A stretch of DNA of 58,329 nt from positions 1-58,329 of the IMG/VR virus record IMGVR_UViG_3300044461_000112, one strand, 5' to 3'. Source of the DNA: a virus. Taxonomy: Duplodnaviria > Caudoviricetes. The translations under genes were made by a program, and so were the position numbers. Position 1 is the stretch's first letter, and every line of letters starts with the position of its first letter. Below the pieces are notes generated by a model. That model was given only the letters and a program-made list of their open reading frames with translations, had not been told where the DNA came from and made no database searches. Below are positions 1 to 10,500 of the stretch, in pieces.

Positions 1-93
1 CCCTTGGTGGAACGCCTCCCACCAACAGGCGAAGCTCCAACGTCAACGGGCCGTCGGCATGCTCATCGACGGTTCCTCCTCCCCCTCTGTTTC
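1..93 (+). repeat. Terminal direct repeat, copy 1 (circular assembly overlap)
   Basis: 1-93 matches 58217-58309 with one mismatch (81 C vs 58297 G). Confidence 0.95.
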
Positions 94-157
94 CGCCCCC
101 TTCCCCCCTGAAAACGGTAGTCTCCCCCCATCCCGACCGGACGAGCCCACCGAGTAG
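1..157 (+). CDS. Putative terminase small subunit, 3' part
   Basis: In-frame continuation PWWNASHQQ...PDEPTE* of the ORF starting at 57948. Confidence 0.55.
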   Translation, partial: PWWNASHQQAKLQRQRAVGMLIDGSSSPSVSAPFPPENGSLPPSRPDEPTE

Positions 158-483
158 CCGGCCACCAGACTGGCGCATCCGGGTGCGTTCCTTCTCTGGA
201 AGGTGGCACGCACCGCAGGCACGAATCCATGGGTACATATACTGAGACTTATCTCTACCATGAGCTCCAGGACCAGGGCCGCGTGACCACTACCTAGGGT
301 CCACCGACGTCATACTGGGGGGCTCCGCACGGTACCTACGGGTATCGGCTTTACGCCAACGACGAGCGCCGTACGCCACCGGGCGCGGAATTCCCGCACC
401 GGTGCACTCCCCTGGTGGGGGTGGGGGGTGGCCACCGGCTGCCGTCCATGTCTTGCTGGGGCGTGGGGCTGGTGTCACCCTCT

Positions 484-600
484 AGTCACTTCGGTCCGAG
501 AGGGACGAAAAGAAATAGTTAAGGACATGAAGTAATAATCGAGAGTCACACCCAGCCGAGAGCAGGAAAAAGAAATACTTCAGGACATGAACCAATAGTC
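484..600 (+). repeat. Degenerate 60-bp-period tandem duplication (AT-rich)
   Basis: AAAAGAAATA-g/c-TT-a/c-AGGACATGAA at 508-531 and 568-591, plus shared AGTCAC and CCGAGAG blocks. Confidence 0.8.
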
Positions 601-644
601 ATGACCCAGTCATGTAGAATAAAAAGCAAAGGGGGAGGGGGGAG

Positions 645-869
645 ATGGCGAGGTGTACCTGTGAGTTCGTGGTCCAGCCGCCGAGTGGGCGGTATGTGGT
701 GGCGCGATGCCCGGAGCTGCAGGCGTTGTGGAAGGAGGTTGAGCGAACGGGGTTGACCGTGGAGCAGGTGCAGTACAACCAGCGTCAGGTAGAGAATCAT
801 CTGCTCTGGCTGGGCCAGCGGGACATGCTTCGATTGGACCGCATGGTTGAAGAAGAGCAGCATGCCTGA
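645..869 (+). CDS. Hypothetical protein
   Basis: GGAG-rich SD, ATG, coupled to next gene. Confidence 0.65.
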   Translation: MARCTCEFVVQPPSGRYVVARCPELQALWKEVERTGLTVEQVQYNQRQVENHLLWLGQRDMLRLDRMVEEEQHA

Positions 870-1050
870 GCAGCGGCGGGTACGGTACCCGAGGCATGTG
901 GACCTGTGGCTGACGGAGGAGATGCTCGAAAGCCTGGACCAGTGGGCCAGAGAGATAGAGCGGTCGCGGGCGTGGCTGATCCGGTATTTGTTGGAGCGCG
1001 GGTTGACGGAGGAGCGGGTCGCCCGGGGAATGAGGGCAGAGGGTGACTGA
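862..1050 (+). CDS. Ribbon-helix-helix (CopG-like) DNA-binding protein
   Basis: HVDLWLTEEMLESLDQWAREIERSRAWLIRYLLERGL fits the RHH pattern. Confidence 0.7.
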   Translation: MPEQRRVRYPRHVDLWLTEEMLESLDQWAREIERSRAWLIRYLLERGLTEERVARGMRAEGD

Positions 1051-1213
1051 GTGCGAGCGCCACTCCTGGCGGTATCTGCGGACGACCCTGCCGACGAAGA
1101 CCATTGCGCAGCAGAGCGGGGTGGTCACCCACCATTCGGGGGAGGACGTCTTCTACTGCACGCACTGCCTGCGGTACGCCACAAGGGCGGAGATCCTGAA
1201 GGAGCAGGAGTGA
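1043..1213 (+). CDS. Small Cys/His (possible Zn-binding) protein, 56 aa
   Basis: GTG start, CxxH and CxxC (CERH...FYCTHC); overlaps both neighbours; below ORF-track cutoff. Confidence 0.5.
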   Translation: MTECERHSWRYLRTTLPTKTIAQQSGVVTHHSGEDVFYCTHCLRYATRAEILKEQE

Positions 1214-1446
1214 CGCGGATCCTGACCATCCTTGCTGCCACCCTCCTCGTGCTGGTCATTGTTGGGGGGATCCTCCTGATCACGGAGCGGGCGGCCAGTG
1301 CCGGGCGCACGAGCCAGTTGTGTGAGGACGCCTTGAGTCGGCGGCGGAGCGCGCAGCAGGAGGGGAACTACTGGTCGGAGGTGCCGCGGGTGCGGGAGCG
1401 GGTGGTGGAGCCGATCGATCGGGACGTCGCGCGGTACTGCGGCTAA
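1210..1446 (+). CDS. Small membrane-anchored protein
   Basis: GTGA overlap, AGGAG SD, N-terminal hydrophobic helix. Confidence 0.6.
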   Translation: MTRILTILAATLLVLVIVGGILLITERAASAGRTSQLCEDALSRRRSAQQEGNYWSEVPRVRERVVEPIDRDVARYCG

Positions 1447-1455
1447 AATCCACCC

Positions 1456-2892
1456 ATGACGGAGCTCCTCACCCCGCCAGGCCTGGTCACCCCGAAGTGG
1501 CCGTACGCGCCGCACCCGAAGCAGTACGAGGTCCTGCGCTACGTCGGCCTCCTGCCGGACGACCCGCCGCCGGACGGCATCCCCGTCAACGTCGTCCTTA
1601 TGGCTGGAGAAGGGGGCGGCGGCAAGTCCATGGCCGCCCGCATCCTGGCCAGCCGCATGGCCCTCATGTTCCCGGGCTCCATCGTCGCCATCTTCCGCCG
1701 CATCACCAAGGACCTCGAGGGCACCCAGATCGACCCCATCCGCAAAGAGGTGCCCGACCACCTCGGCACCTTCAACGAGACCAAGAAGACCTTCTACTGG
1801 GCCAACGGCTCCCAGACCCGCTACCACCACTGCGTCGAAGAAAAAGACTACGAGCAGTACCGCTCCCACCTCTGGGACGCCGTCGTCTTCGAGGAGTCGA
1901 CCGAGTTCACCTGGGAGCAGATCACCTTCCTCTGGTCCCGCGTCATCCCCTCCGACCCCACCAGGTGGCCGATTGTCCTGCTGACCACCAACTCCATCGG
2001 CGTCTCCCACATGGAGCACAAGGCCTTCTTCGTCGCGGGCCATCAGGGGGGCGACGTCTGGACGGTGCGCACCACCCACCCGGACTTCCCGGAGCTCGAC
2101 CAGCAGAAGCGCATCGGCTGGATCCCCATCGCCACCGCCGACAACCCCTCCATCAACTGGGCCGAGACCAAGGCCAACCAGCTCTCCATCTCGGACCCGG
2201 AGATGCGCAAGTCCATGGCCACCGGCTCCTGGGACCTCCAGGCCGGCACCTTCTTCTCCGGCTTCCGCCGCGACGTCCACGTCCTCCCAGAACACCGCGA
2301 GCCGCCACCCGACTGGCGCGTCTGGCGCGGCCTCGACTACGGCGAAGCCGCACCCGCCTGCTGTCTCTGGGCCGCTACCGACCCCGCCAAGCCCTACCCC
2401 AACACCTACATCTTCCAGGAGCTCTTCGAGCCCGGCATCCCCCCCCAGATGCAGGCCAAAATCATCCTCTCCCTCTCCGAGAGCTACCCCTCCTGCCGCA
2501 CCACCTGGGCCGACCCCTCCATCTGGAAGAACGGCAAGAAGGGCATCAGCGGCCCCTCCTTCGAGGACGAGTACCGCGCCGGCGGCCTCCTCCTCCAGAA
2601 GGCCAGCAACAAACGCCACGAGGGCTGGTCCCGCATCCAGAAAGCCCTCTTCCGCGGCATGACCACCGCCGTCCCCCCGGAGCTCACCATCAGCCCCAAC
2701 TGCACCAACCTCATCGCCTTCCTGGAAACCGCCCAGCGCGACCCCCACGACTTCATGGACGTGAAGGAGGCCAGTAACCAGGACGGCTGGAGGGACGATT
2801 CCGGCGACGCTGCTCGCTACCTGTTAATGGGCGCCGCCGCCGCCCGCTCCGCCCGGCCCCGCCCCCAGCCCTGGCGCTTCGTCCCCCGCTAG
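1456..2892 (+). CDS. terL: Terminase large subunit
   Basis: Walker A GEGGGGKS, Walker B AVVFEE, coupling motif LTTN, RNase H-like GLDYG and DDSGDAARY. Confidence 0.93.
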   Translation: MTELLTPPGLVTPKWPYAPHPKQYEVLRYVGLLPDDPPPDGIPVNVVLMAGEGGGGKSMAARILASRMALMFPGSIVAIFRRITKDLEGTQIDPIRKEVPDHLGTFNETKKTFYWANGSQTRYHHCVEEKDYEQYRSHLWDAVVFEESTEFTWEQITFLWSRVIPSDPTRWPIVLLTTNSIGVSHMEHKAFFVAGHQGGDVWTVRTTHPDFPELDQQKRIGWIPIATADNPSINWAETKANQLSISDPEMRKSMATGSWDLQAGTFFSGFRRDVHVLPEHREPPPDWRVWRGLDYGEAAPACCLWAATDPAKPYPNTYIFQELFEPGIPPQMQAKIILSLSESYPSCRTTWADPSIWKNGKKGISGPSFEDEYRAGGLLLQKASNKRHEGWSRIQKALFRGMTTAVPPELTISPNCTNLIAFLETAQRDPHDFMDVKEASNQDGWRDDSGDAARYLLMGAAAARSARPRPQPWRFVPR

Positions 2893-2897
2893 AAGGG

Positions 2898-2916
2898 GTT
2901 ATTTAAAAGGAAGCAG
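2898..2916 (+). promoter_or_regulatory. Degenerate copy (15/19) of the 19-bp late-region motif
   Basis: GTTATTTAAAAGGAAGCAG vs GTTCTTCTAAAGGAAGAAG; in terL-portal intergenic gap. Confidence 0.45.
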
Positions 2917-3003
2917 CCCCCCCCGAAAACCCCCGCCGCACCCGTTCCCTGTATCATGGACCCATCATGGTTTAGGCCTGAACCGTTCGCGAGAGGTGGG
3001 GCT

Positions 3004-5022
3004 GTGGCCGTCGCACTGCGCACCCAGGAGGTCGCCGGGGCCCCCGACACCGCGTACCTCGACCGCCTCAAGTCCTTCCTCGAGACCGCCTACACCGAGC
3101 AGGACCAGCAGCTCGAGGACCTCCGCCACAACCGCGACCTCGAGGACCCGCCCACCCTCCCGGAATGGCTCCGCATCGTCGATACCACCATGCAGTCGAC
3201 CGTGGTACGAGACGAGATCGCCCGCGTCGTCGCCACCCTCACCCTGCGCTGGCCCACCTGCACCGCCATGCCCGGCGAGGTCACCTCCGACCTCGGCCAG
3301 GAGTACACCACCGAGCTCGAGCACTTCCTCGAGGAGCTCTTCAAAGCCGCCTCCCAGCGCGTGCCCGGCCAGGACGCCCAGATGGCCCTCACCGACGCCT
3401 GCGTCGAGGGCGGCGGCTGGGTCAAGTGGGTCTACGACGCCGAGCGCTGGGAGCCCGTCTTCCAGAAAGGGCTCGACCCCGACGTCGACGACGAGGAGGT
3501 CGACGCCGAGAAACGCCGGCGCGGCGTCCCCCTCGCCCGCATCCACGTCGACACCGCCACCGTCTACCCCCTCTGGGAAGCGGACCACCTCGCCGAGGTC
3601 ATGGAGATCTCCCACCGCCAGACCTACCCGACCCTCAAAGAATTGGACCTCGACTACTCCGACGACTTCGGCTTCGGCGAACGCCTCGGCCGCCCCCTCT
3701 CCGAAGAGGAGGGCCAGAAGTACCCCGAGACGCTCGAACTGATCGAACATTGGTCGGACCGGTACGTCAGCTACATGGTCCATGCCGGGAAACACAGCAA
3801 GCTCGTCAGGCAGATCGAGCACGGCTACCCCGGCGTCCCCTACTTCTTCGCGCCGGGCATCCTCCACAACTACATGAACGACCGCAAGGTCGGCTACTCC
3901 GTCGCCAGTAACAAGCTCGACATGACCCGCTTCCAGTCCTTCCTCGCCACCGCCATGCTCAACATGGCCGTCATGCAGGCCGCCATGCCCATCGCCCGCA
4001 AAGAGGCCGTCCCCGCCGAGTCCATGGAGGGCCAGGACCGCGACCCCGCCAAAGCCCCCTCCTACGACATCCCCTACGCCTCCGTCGTCACCATGGGCAC
4101 CGAGGACGACATGAAACAGGTCGAGCACCCCGGCATCCCGAACGGCCTGCAGGAGATGTACGGCATGGTCTCGGGCTGGCTGGCCTCCGCCAGCATGTCC
4201 GCCAAGCTCGGCCCCATCGGCGCCGGCGACCTGGCCGGCGCCGGCTTCGCCATCCAGTCCTACCTCGCCGAGGCCAAGCTCCAGCTCCACCCCTTCGTCT
4301 ACAACATCGAGCAGTGCCTCATGCAGGAAACCTACTTCGTCATGGAGCTCATCCAGACCAAGGTCAAGGAGACCATCTGGGTCAGAAGGTCGCTCGCGCC
4401 CGGCGCCGTCGCCACCCCGGAGGCCCAGTGGATCGGCATGGGCCCGGACGACATGCAGCAGGCCGTCGGCATCCGCTGGACCCTCGACCCCGAGCCCGCC
4501 ACCTCCAAAATTGTCGAAAGTCGCTGGGTCATCGAGCTCGTCAACGCCGGCCTCCTCTCCGAGGACCAGGCCATGGCCCACCTCGGCTTCAACCCGGACG
4601 AGGTCCGCGAGGGCAAGGCCATGGACCGCATCCGCAAAGAGCCCTGGTACACCAAGGCCGTCGACGACCGCCTCACCCGCCGCCTCCAGCGCGGCGACCT
4701 CCTCAAAGTCGCGGCCGACGCCGCCAGCCAATCCGGGCTTTTGCCGGGCATGGATCCAATGCTTGCGTCGATGTCCCAGCAAGCCCGAAACGGCGGCATG
4801 CCGGGTGGCTTCGGCCCGCCAATGGGTCAACCCCCGATGGTCGCCCCGGGCGCACCCATCATGCCGGATCAGGGGGCCTTAACTGCTGCTCCTGGGGGCG
4901 GCGCCGCTATCCCCCAGAATGGGTCGCCGTATGGCGTGATTGGCGCCGGGGCCGGTATCGGTCCCGGCGTCGTGCTCCCAACCGCTGGTATCCAGGCCGG
5001 AGTGCAAACCCTTGGCATATGA
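3004..5022 (+). CDS. Portal protein with Pro/Gly/Met-rich C-terminal tail
   Basis: Position after terL; size; HGYPGVPYF portal-like segment; GAGGTG SD before GTG 3004 (alternative ATG 2956). Confidence 0.8.
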   Translation: MAVALRTQEVAGAPDTAYLDRLKSFLETAYTEQDQQLEDLRHNRDLEDPPTLPEWLRIVDTTMQSTVVRDEIARVVATLTLRWPTCTAMPGEVTSDLGQEYTTELEHFLEELFKAASQRVPGQDAQMALTDACVEGGGWVKWVYDAERWEPVFQKGLDPDVDDEEVDAEKRRRGVPLARIHVDTATVYPLWEADHLAEVMEISHRQTYPTLKELDLDYSDDFGFGERLGRPLSEEEGQKYPETLELIEHWSDRYVSYMVHAGKHSKLVRQIEHGYPGVPYFFAPGILHNYMNDRKVGYSVASNKLDMTRFQSFLATAMLNMAVMQAAMPIARKEAVPAESMEGQDRDPAKAPSYDIPYASVVTMGTEDDMKQVEHPGIPNGLQEMYGMVSGWLASASMSAKLGPIGAGDLAGAGFAIQSYLAEAKLQLHPFVYNIEQCLMQETYFVMELIQTKVKETIWVRRSLAPGAVATPEAQWIGMGPDDMQQAVGIRWTLDPEPATSKIVESRWVIELVNAGLLSEDQAMAHLGFNPDEVREGKAMDRIRKEPWYTKAVDDRLTRRLQRGDLLKVAADAASQSGLLPGMDPMLASMSQQARNGGMPGGFGPPMGQPPMVAPGAPIMPDQGALTAAPGGGAAIPQNGSPYGVIGAGAGIGPGVVLPTAGIQAGVQTLGI

Positions 5023-5032
5023 GTCGAAACAC

Positions 5033-5671
5033 ATGCCGTTAATCGAAAGAATGGCCGCCCGCATGGAGGCCGAGCTCGACCGCGACACCGAGCGCATGGC
5101 CCGCCACCTCCAGGGCGGCGACCTCTCCCTCGGCGCCGCCGAGATCCCGGAGGCCGAATTGCCCCGCATCTGGCAGGACGTCTGGGTCACCAAACCGGAC
5201 CAGCTCGAGAAGCTGAAAGATTCCCGCATGCCCGAGGACTTCCTGCGCCAATCCCTCGACTATCTGACCGACCTCTCCCCGGTGGTCAAGGACGACTTCA
5301 TGACCATGCTGGAGGGCGGCATCCCCTACGAGGAGGCCATGACCCTCGCCGAGCAGATCCACCAGGCCGAACGCCTCTACCGCAACCCCCAGCCCGCCAT
5401 CATGCCCGTCCCCGAACCCACCCTTCTTCCTTTAGAAGAACCCCCACGGCCGGGTGGCCCGGGGTTCCTGGCCCCGACCTCCGCGCCCACCGCCGGGCCG
5501 CTGCCACCGGTCCCACCCGCCATGCCTATGCCGATGCCGCCCCAGTCCATGGTCCCGGGCATGCCCGCCCCACCCCCCATGCCGATGCCCCAGATTGCCC
5601 CACCGCAGCCGGTGCCCCCGGGGCCACCGCCGCCCATGCCCGCCCCACCACTCCCGCCCGGAGGGATGTAG
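5033..5671 (+). CDS. Hypothetical protein with Pro-rich C-terminus
   Basis: Open frame, codon bias matching neighbours. Confidence 0.7.
   Translation: MPLIERMAARMEAELDRDTERMARHLQGGDLSLGAAEIPEAELPRIWQDVWVTKPDQLEKLKDSRMPEDFLRQSLDYLTDLSPVVKDDFMTMLEGGIPYEEAMTLAEQIHQAERLYRNPQPAIMPVPEPTLLPLEEPPRPGGPGFLAPTSAPTAGPLPPVPPAMPMPMPPQSMVPGMPAPPPMPMPQIAPPQPVPPGPPPPMPAPPLPPGGM
5423..5441 (-). promoter_or_regulatory. 19-bp motif GTTCTTCTAAAGGAAGAAG (reverse orientation, intragenic)
   Basis: Exact reverse complement of 11538-11556 and 13827-13845. Confidence 0.6.
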
Positions 5672-5674
5672 CCC

Positions 5675-7555
5675 ATGGCCTTCCATGCGCCCGTGTCGTA
5701 CCAGGCCGGTGGTCTGGGCCTCGACCCGACCACGGGTCAGCAGATCCAGGGACCGCGCCGCCCGTTCGATTGGGAGGCCTGGCTGCAAAGCCCGGGGACG
5801 GTGGAGCGACCGACCGACGCCGAGTACGGGGAGATGAGCCGCACGATCGCCGAGCAGCAGTTCGCCGAAGTGGTCAACATGATCCGCTCCAGCTCGCAGC
5901 GCTTCCGCGATCTCGAACGCCAGCGCGGCAATGCGGTCCCCGGCCTGGAGACGGAGCGGATCGCCACCGAGATGGCCGTCCTCGACAACAACCTCAAGAC
6001 CTTTCACGAGGTGCAGGCCAAGCTGCAGAAGCAGATCCAGTCCACCGGCGGCGTCGACCAGAATCTCGTCCCGCTGCTCGCCGATGGTCGGCCCACCGGG
6101 CTGTTCATCAACCCCAACAACCCCGACGGCGCGCCCGTCCGCACCGGCGTCAGCCCCGACCAGGAGGAGCAGACCCGCCGGCAGCAGGAGAACAGCCGCA
6201 ATACCGCTGCCAACATCGCGGCCCAGGGTGATACCCAGCGCGACGTGGCCCAGCAGGGCGTGGTCCGTCAGCAGATCCAGGCCGATGCCGCGAAAGCCGT
6301 CGCCCAACTCAACGCCGACCGCGCCCGCACCGTCGCCGACGCCCGCCTCCTCGAGATCGAGGCCAAGTCCGCCGACACCACCCTCGAGCAGGGCGTCAAG
6401 ATCATGGACCAGATCACCACGCTCAAGGACACCCACGCCAAGAACACCGGCGAGGTCGCCAAACAGCTCGTCGCCGACAGCAACGCGAACGAGCGCGAGT
6501 GGCTCTCGCAGTTCGTCGAGCACGCCGGCCTCGCCCAGGAGGACCTCGCCTCCTTCCGGACCGCCATCTCCGCCTTTAACAGCGAGCAGGGCGCCCAGGA
6601 CCGCCAGGCCTTCGCCTCCCAGATGGAGCGCGGCACCAAACGCGAGGACCGCGCCATGCAGGTGGCCGCCAAGCTCTACGAGGACTACGCCAAAGATTTG
6701 CAGAAGGTCTACAGCCTCCCCGAAGGATGGTTCCAGGCCTTCCAGCGGGCGGCCCAGTCGCAGGCCTACCGCCACGAATTGCCCGCGCTCCGCGCCATGA
6801 TGCAGCACCCGAACGCCGACCCCGCCAAACTGAAGGAGTTCTACGAGCAGACCATGGGCCTCTTCGGCCCCATGCCGGAGCCCAACTGGCGCCCGCTCCG
6901 CGAGCCCGAGCGCCCCGCCCCACCGGCGCCTTTGCCCACCACCCTCCGCGACCAGCAGACCGAGAACCAGACCAACCTCGCCGCCGCCCTGCGCGGCGAG
7001 CTCTTCCCCCAGCCCGACACCGCGCACCTGCCCGGCCAGGAGGGCTTCACCCCCCTCGACCCCCGCGCCGCCATCACCGGCGCCACCCCCGGCACCTTCT
7101 CCGCACCGACCTCCGGTGGCCAGCCGCCGCTCTCCGACCCGTCCTGGCAGGGCCTCAAGGACTTCATGCAGGAGCCCGACCCCTACGCCGATCTCTATGA
7201 GGACCAGGTCACCCCGGACCTCACCCCCATCCCGGAGCCCGAACTCGGCCCCATGCTGGACCCCAACCCGAACCCCATGGCCGATTACGACCTCGAAGCG
7301 GACATGCGCCACTACCAGCCGGTGCTGGACGCCGCCCCCGACGAGTTCGTGCCGCTCGCCATCAACGTCATCGCCGGCCTCGCCGCGCGCGACGACGTCG
7401 CCCTTGACCCGGAGCGCGTGCTCCGCGAGGAGATCGACTACGCCTTCGGCCCCTTCGGCCTGACCTACGACCTGGCATCGCCCTGGGACGAGGAGGAAGA
7501 GGACACCTTCGACTACACCCTGGACGACTACGGAGGTGACCTCTATGCCGTATGA
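5675..7555 (+). CDS. Putative internal virion/ejection protein
   Basis: 626 aa, Q/A-rich coiled coil, acidic C-terminus, in head operon. Confidence 0.55.
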   Translation: MAFHAPVSYQAGGLGLDPTTGQQIQGPRRPFDWEAWLQSPGTVERPTDAEYGEMSRTIAEQQFAEVVNMIRSSSQRFRDLERQRGNAVPGLETERIATEMAVLDNNLKTFHEVQAKLQKQIQSTGGVDQNLVPLLADGRPTGLFINPNNPDGAPVRTGVSPDQEEQTRRQQENSRNTAANIAAQGDTQRDVAQQGVVRQQIQADAAKAVAQLNADRARTVADARLLEIEAKSADTTLEQGVKIMDQITTLKDTHAKNTGEVAKQLVADSNANEREWLSQFVEHAGLAQEDLASFRTAISAFNSEQGAQDRQAFASQMERGTKREDRAMQVAAKLYEDYAKDLQKVYSLPEGWFQAFQRAAQSQAYRHELPALRAMMQHPNADPAKLKEFYEQTMGLFGPMPEPNWRPLREPERPAPPAPLPTTLRDQQTENQTNLAAALRGELFPQPDTAHLPGQEGFTPLDPRAAITGATPGTFSAPTSGGQPPLSDPSWQGLKDFMQEPDPYADLYEDQVTPDLTPIPEPELGPMLDPNPNPMADYDLEADMRHYQPVLDAAPDEFVPLAINVIAGLAARDDVALDPERVLREEIDYAFGPFGLTYDLASPWDEEEEDTFDYTLDDYGGDLYAV

Positions 7556-10500
7556 CGAGGATGGCAACTACTACCCGACCTACGGCGGCGCGTCCTCGCC
7601 CGGCGGTTCCTCCTGGGACACCGGCGCCTACGACCCGAACGCGTCCTTCGATCCGTATGGCCCGAAGGTCGACGTGCCGACCGGCCCAGCCGATGCCATG
7701 GACCGGCGGGAACAGCAGCTCGCCGCCGCCCAGGCCGCCCTCAACGCCCGGGGCGCAAACGGCGGCGCTGCGGCGCGTACCCCGTCCTCCTCCATGTCTA
7801 CCTCTCAGGCGGCCTACTCCGCCGCCACCGGTGGCGCCTACGACCCGTCCACCGCCATGACCGCCTACCAGCAAGCCCAGCTTGGCCTGTCCCAGCAGCA
7901 GCTCTACCAGGACCAGCAACAGTTCATGGCGACCCTCAATAACCAGGCCAACATCGCGGCTGGCAATCTCGGGTTCAACTATGCCCAGCTTGGACAACAG
8001 GGCGGCCAATTTCAGCAGAACTACGGGTTGGACCTGGCCCAATTCGCCATGCAGTCTCAGGGCACCCCCTACCAGTGGGCCCAGCTCGGCCTCAACGCGA
8101 ACCAGATCGATACCCAACAGTATCTCGACCAGCAGCGTATCGACCTCAGTAGGCAGCTCGGCATGGGCGACGACGCTCGCGGCTGGGCGCAGATGGCCCT
8201 CGCCGAAGAGGACCACGATCTGCGCATGTACCTTGGCCAGAACGACGTCCTCAAGAGCCAGGCGCAGATCCAGGCTGAGATGGCCCGGCTCGGCATCGAC
8301 CTCTACCAGGCCAACCTGTCCGCCGAGATCCAGCGCGCCAAGCTCGCCCTCGACCAGCAGGTCGCCTCCGGCCAGGCCGCCGCCCTCTCCCAGCAGGCCG
8401 CCGCCGACGCCGCCCGCGCCCAGGCGGCGCTGCGCGCCGTCGAAGTGGAATTGCAGCTGGGCGAAGGGAACCTGGAATTGGGCTGGCAGAAGACCCGCGA
8501 CGCCATGGATCTCGGCCTCGAAGATATCAACCTGCGCCGGGAAGAGCTCGGCCTCAAGGACAAAATCTCCACCCAGGACCTGGCCCTGCAGACCCTGCTC
8601 GGCGTCGAAGGCATCAACGTCTCCCGCGAAAAGCTGGCCAACGACCGCCTGCTCGGCATCAGCGACCAACAAACGCGACGGGACATCGCCCAGCTCAACG
8701 CCCAGGTCGAGCAGCAGCGCATCGCGTCCACCCTCACCGGCCCGCGCGACTGGGCCAAGGCCGTCGAGAACCGCCGGCTCATGGCCGCCGGCGGCCAGAA
8801 TCCCTTCGCGGCCCTCGCCCCCGGCGCCGGCCAGCTCGCCGGCGAGGTCGGCGGCCCCTCCGAACCCCTCACCCTCGACAGTTTTCTTGCCGACAACGGC
8901 TTCCAGAACCTGCAAGGGTTCAACTTCCAGAACGGCCCCTGGCAGCAGATGACCGGCGGCGGCTTCCAGTCCCCGGCCGGCAACCCCTGGAGCGGGCAGA
9001 ACATCCCGGCCCAGCCGGGCGCCCCCATGGACTGGAACACGATCTACCAGCAGATCACCGGCCAGTCCGGCGGCAGCACGGCGGCGGGCGCCTTCGCGCC
9101 ACCCCCCGGCTTCGGCCAGCCGCAGCTCCCCGCCGGTGGCACCGCGCCCCCGCTCCCCGGCACGCCGGCCACTGCCCAGGCGGCGCCGCCCGGCTGGGCG
9201 CCGACCGCCGGCTATGACCCCATCAATAACTTCAACTCGCCCCGTTTCGGCGAACGCGCCCCCTGGGCCGACGCGCTGCTCTCCGGCCAGATCAGCCCCT
9301 GGCAGGCCTGGCAGTCGATGCCGAAGGCCACGCCCGACCAGTGGAATCGCATGAGCGACGCCCAGAAGAACGGCGCCCCCTGGATGAACCCCTTCTACAC
9401 CCGCCAGCAGGTGGAGCAGCAGGGCATCGCCGGCTTCGGCGGCATGGGCCTGCCGATGGCCGAGGCCCAGCAGGTCGGCGCCTTCCAGGCGGCCATGGCG
9501 TCTGGCTCTTCGCCAGAGGAAGCCATGGCGCAGGCGGGCATGAGCGCCCAGATGTTCGGGAAGATGAACCAGGCCTACGGGCAAGCCGTGGCCGAGGGCC
9601 GGGAGGACCTGACCCCGGTCCAGGCGCAGAGCCTGAGCGACTACCTGGCGCAGAACCCGTGGGTGGCGCAGGCCTCCCCGGCGCTCGCCCAGCGGGCCCA
9701 GGCTGAGCAGTGGCAGCAGGCCCAGGCCGCCACGACCTTCGGCGGTCGCCCGCAGCAGGAGATGTACCAGGACGCCGGGGGCAACTGGTACGCCGTCCCC
9801 CAGGGCTACGGCCAACAGACCGCCCCCACCCCCGCCGCCGGGGCGCAGGCCGCCACGACCCCCGGCAGCTTCCAGGCCCCGACGACCATGACCACGGGCG
9901 GCTACCCGGGACTCCCCGGCATGCCCGCCATGACCGGCAATTTTATGGGCATCCCCATCCCGCAGGCGCCGCAGATCCCGCAGATCCCCTACCCCAATCA
10001 GGATCGGCCGTCCATCGTCGCCCAGATGTACCAGCAGTACCTGCAGTCCTTCCCGACAGGGCAGGCGCAGCAGAGCCCGCCGGCCCAGAACGCCATGGCC
10101 TACATCATGCAGATGATGCAACAGGCCCAGGCCCAGGCCCAGGCCCCGCCCGTCACCACCCCGCCAGCCCCCACCGGCACGACCCCGCCACCGACGGGAA
10201 CCACGCCCCCGCCAACCGGGCAGCAGCCCTACACCCCGTACACCCCCTATGGCGGCGGCATCCAGCCCGGCAACACCACCGGCAACCCGAACTGGATGCC
10301 CGGCTACACCCCGAACAGCCCGTATTACAGCGGCGGCTACGGCATGCCAGCGGTCGGCAGCTGGCAGCCCGATTCCCCCGGCGTCTACAGCACCGGGGCG
10401 AACGCTGACGTGGCGGGTGCGCATGTCCGCCCCGGCGAGGCGGGCGGCGCCCCGGCCACGCAGTACATCCAGACCAAGGTGCGCAGCTCCGTCGATGCCG

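Noticed and set aside
484-600. Possible mini-CRISPR (24-bp core, 60-bp period)
   Set aside because: Only two degenerate copies, the intervening segments are also similar, no palindromic repeat and no cas genes
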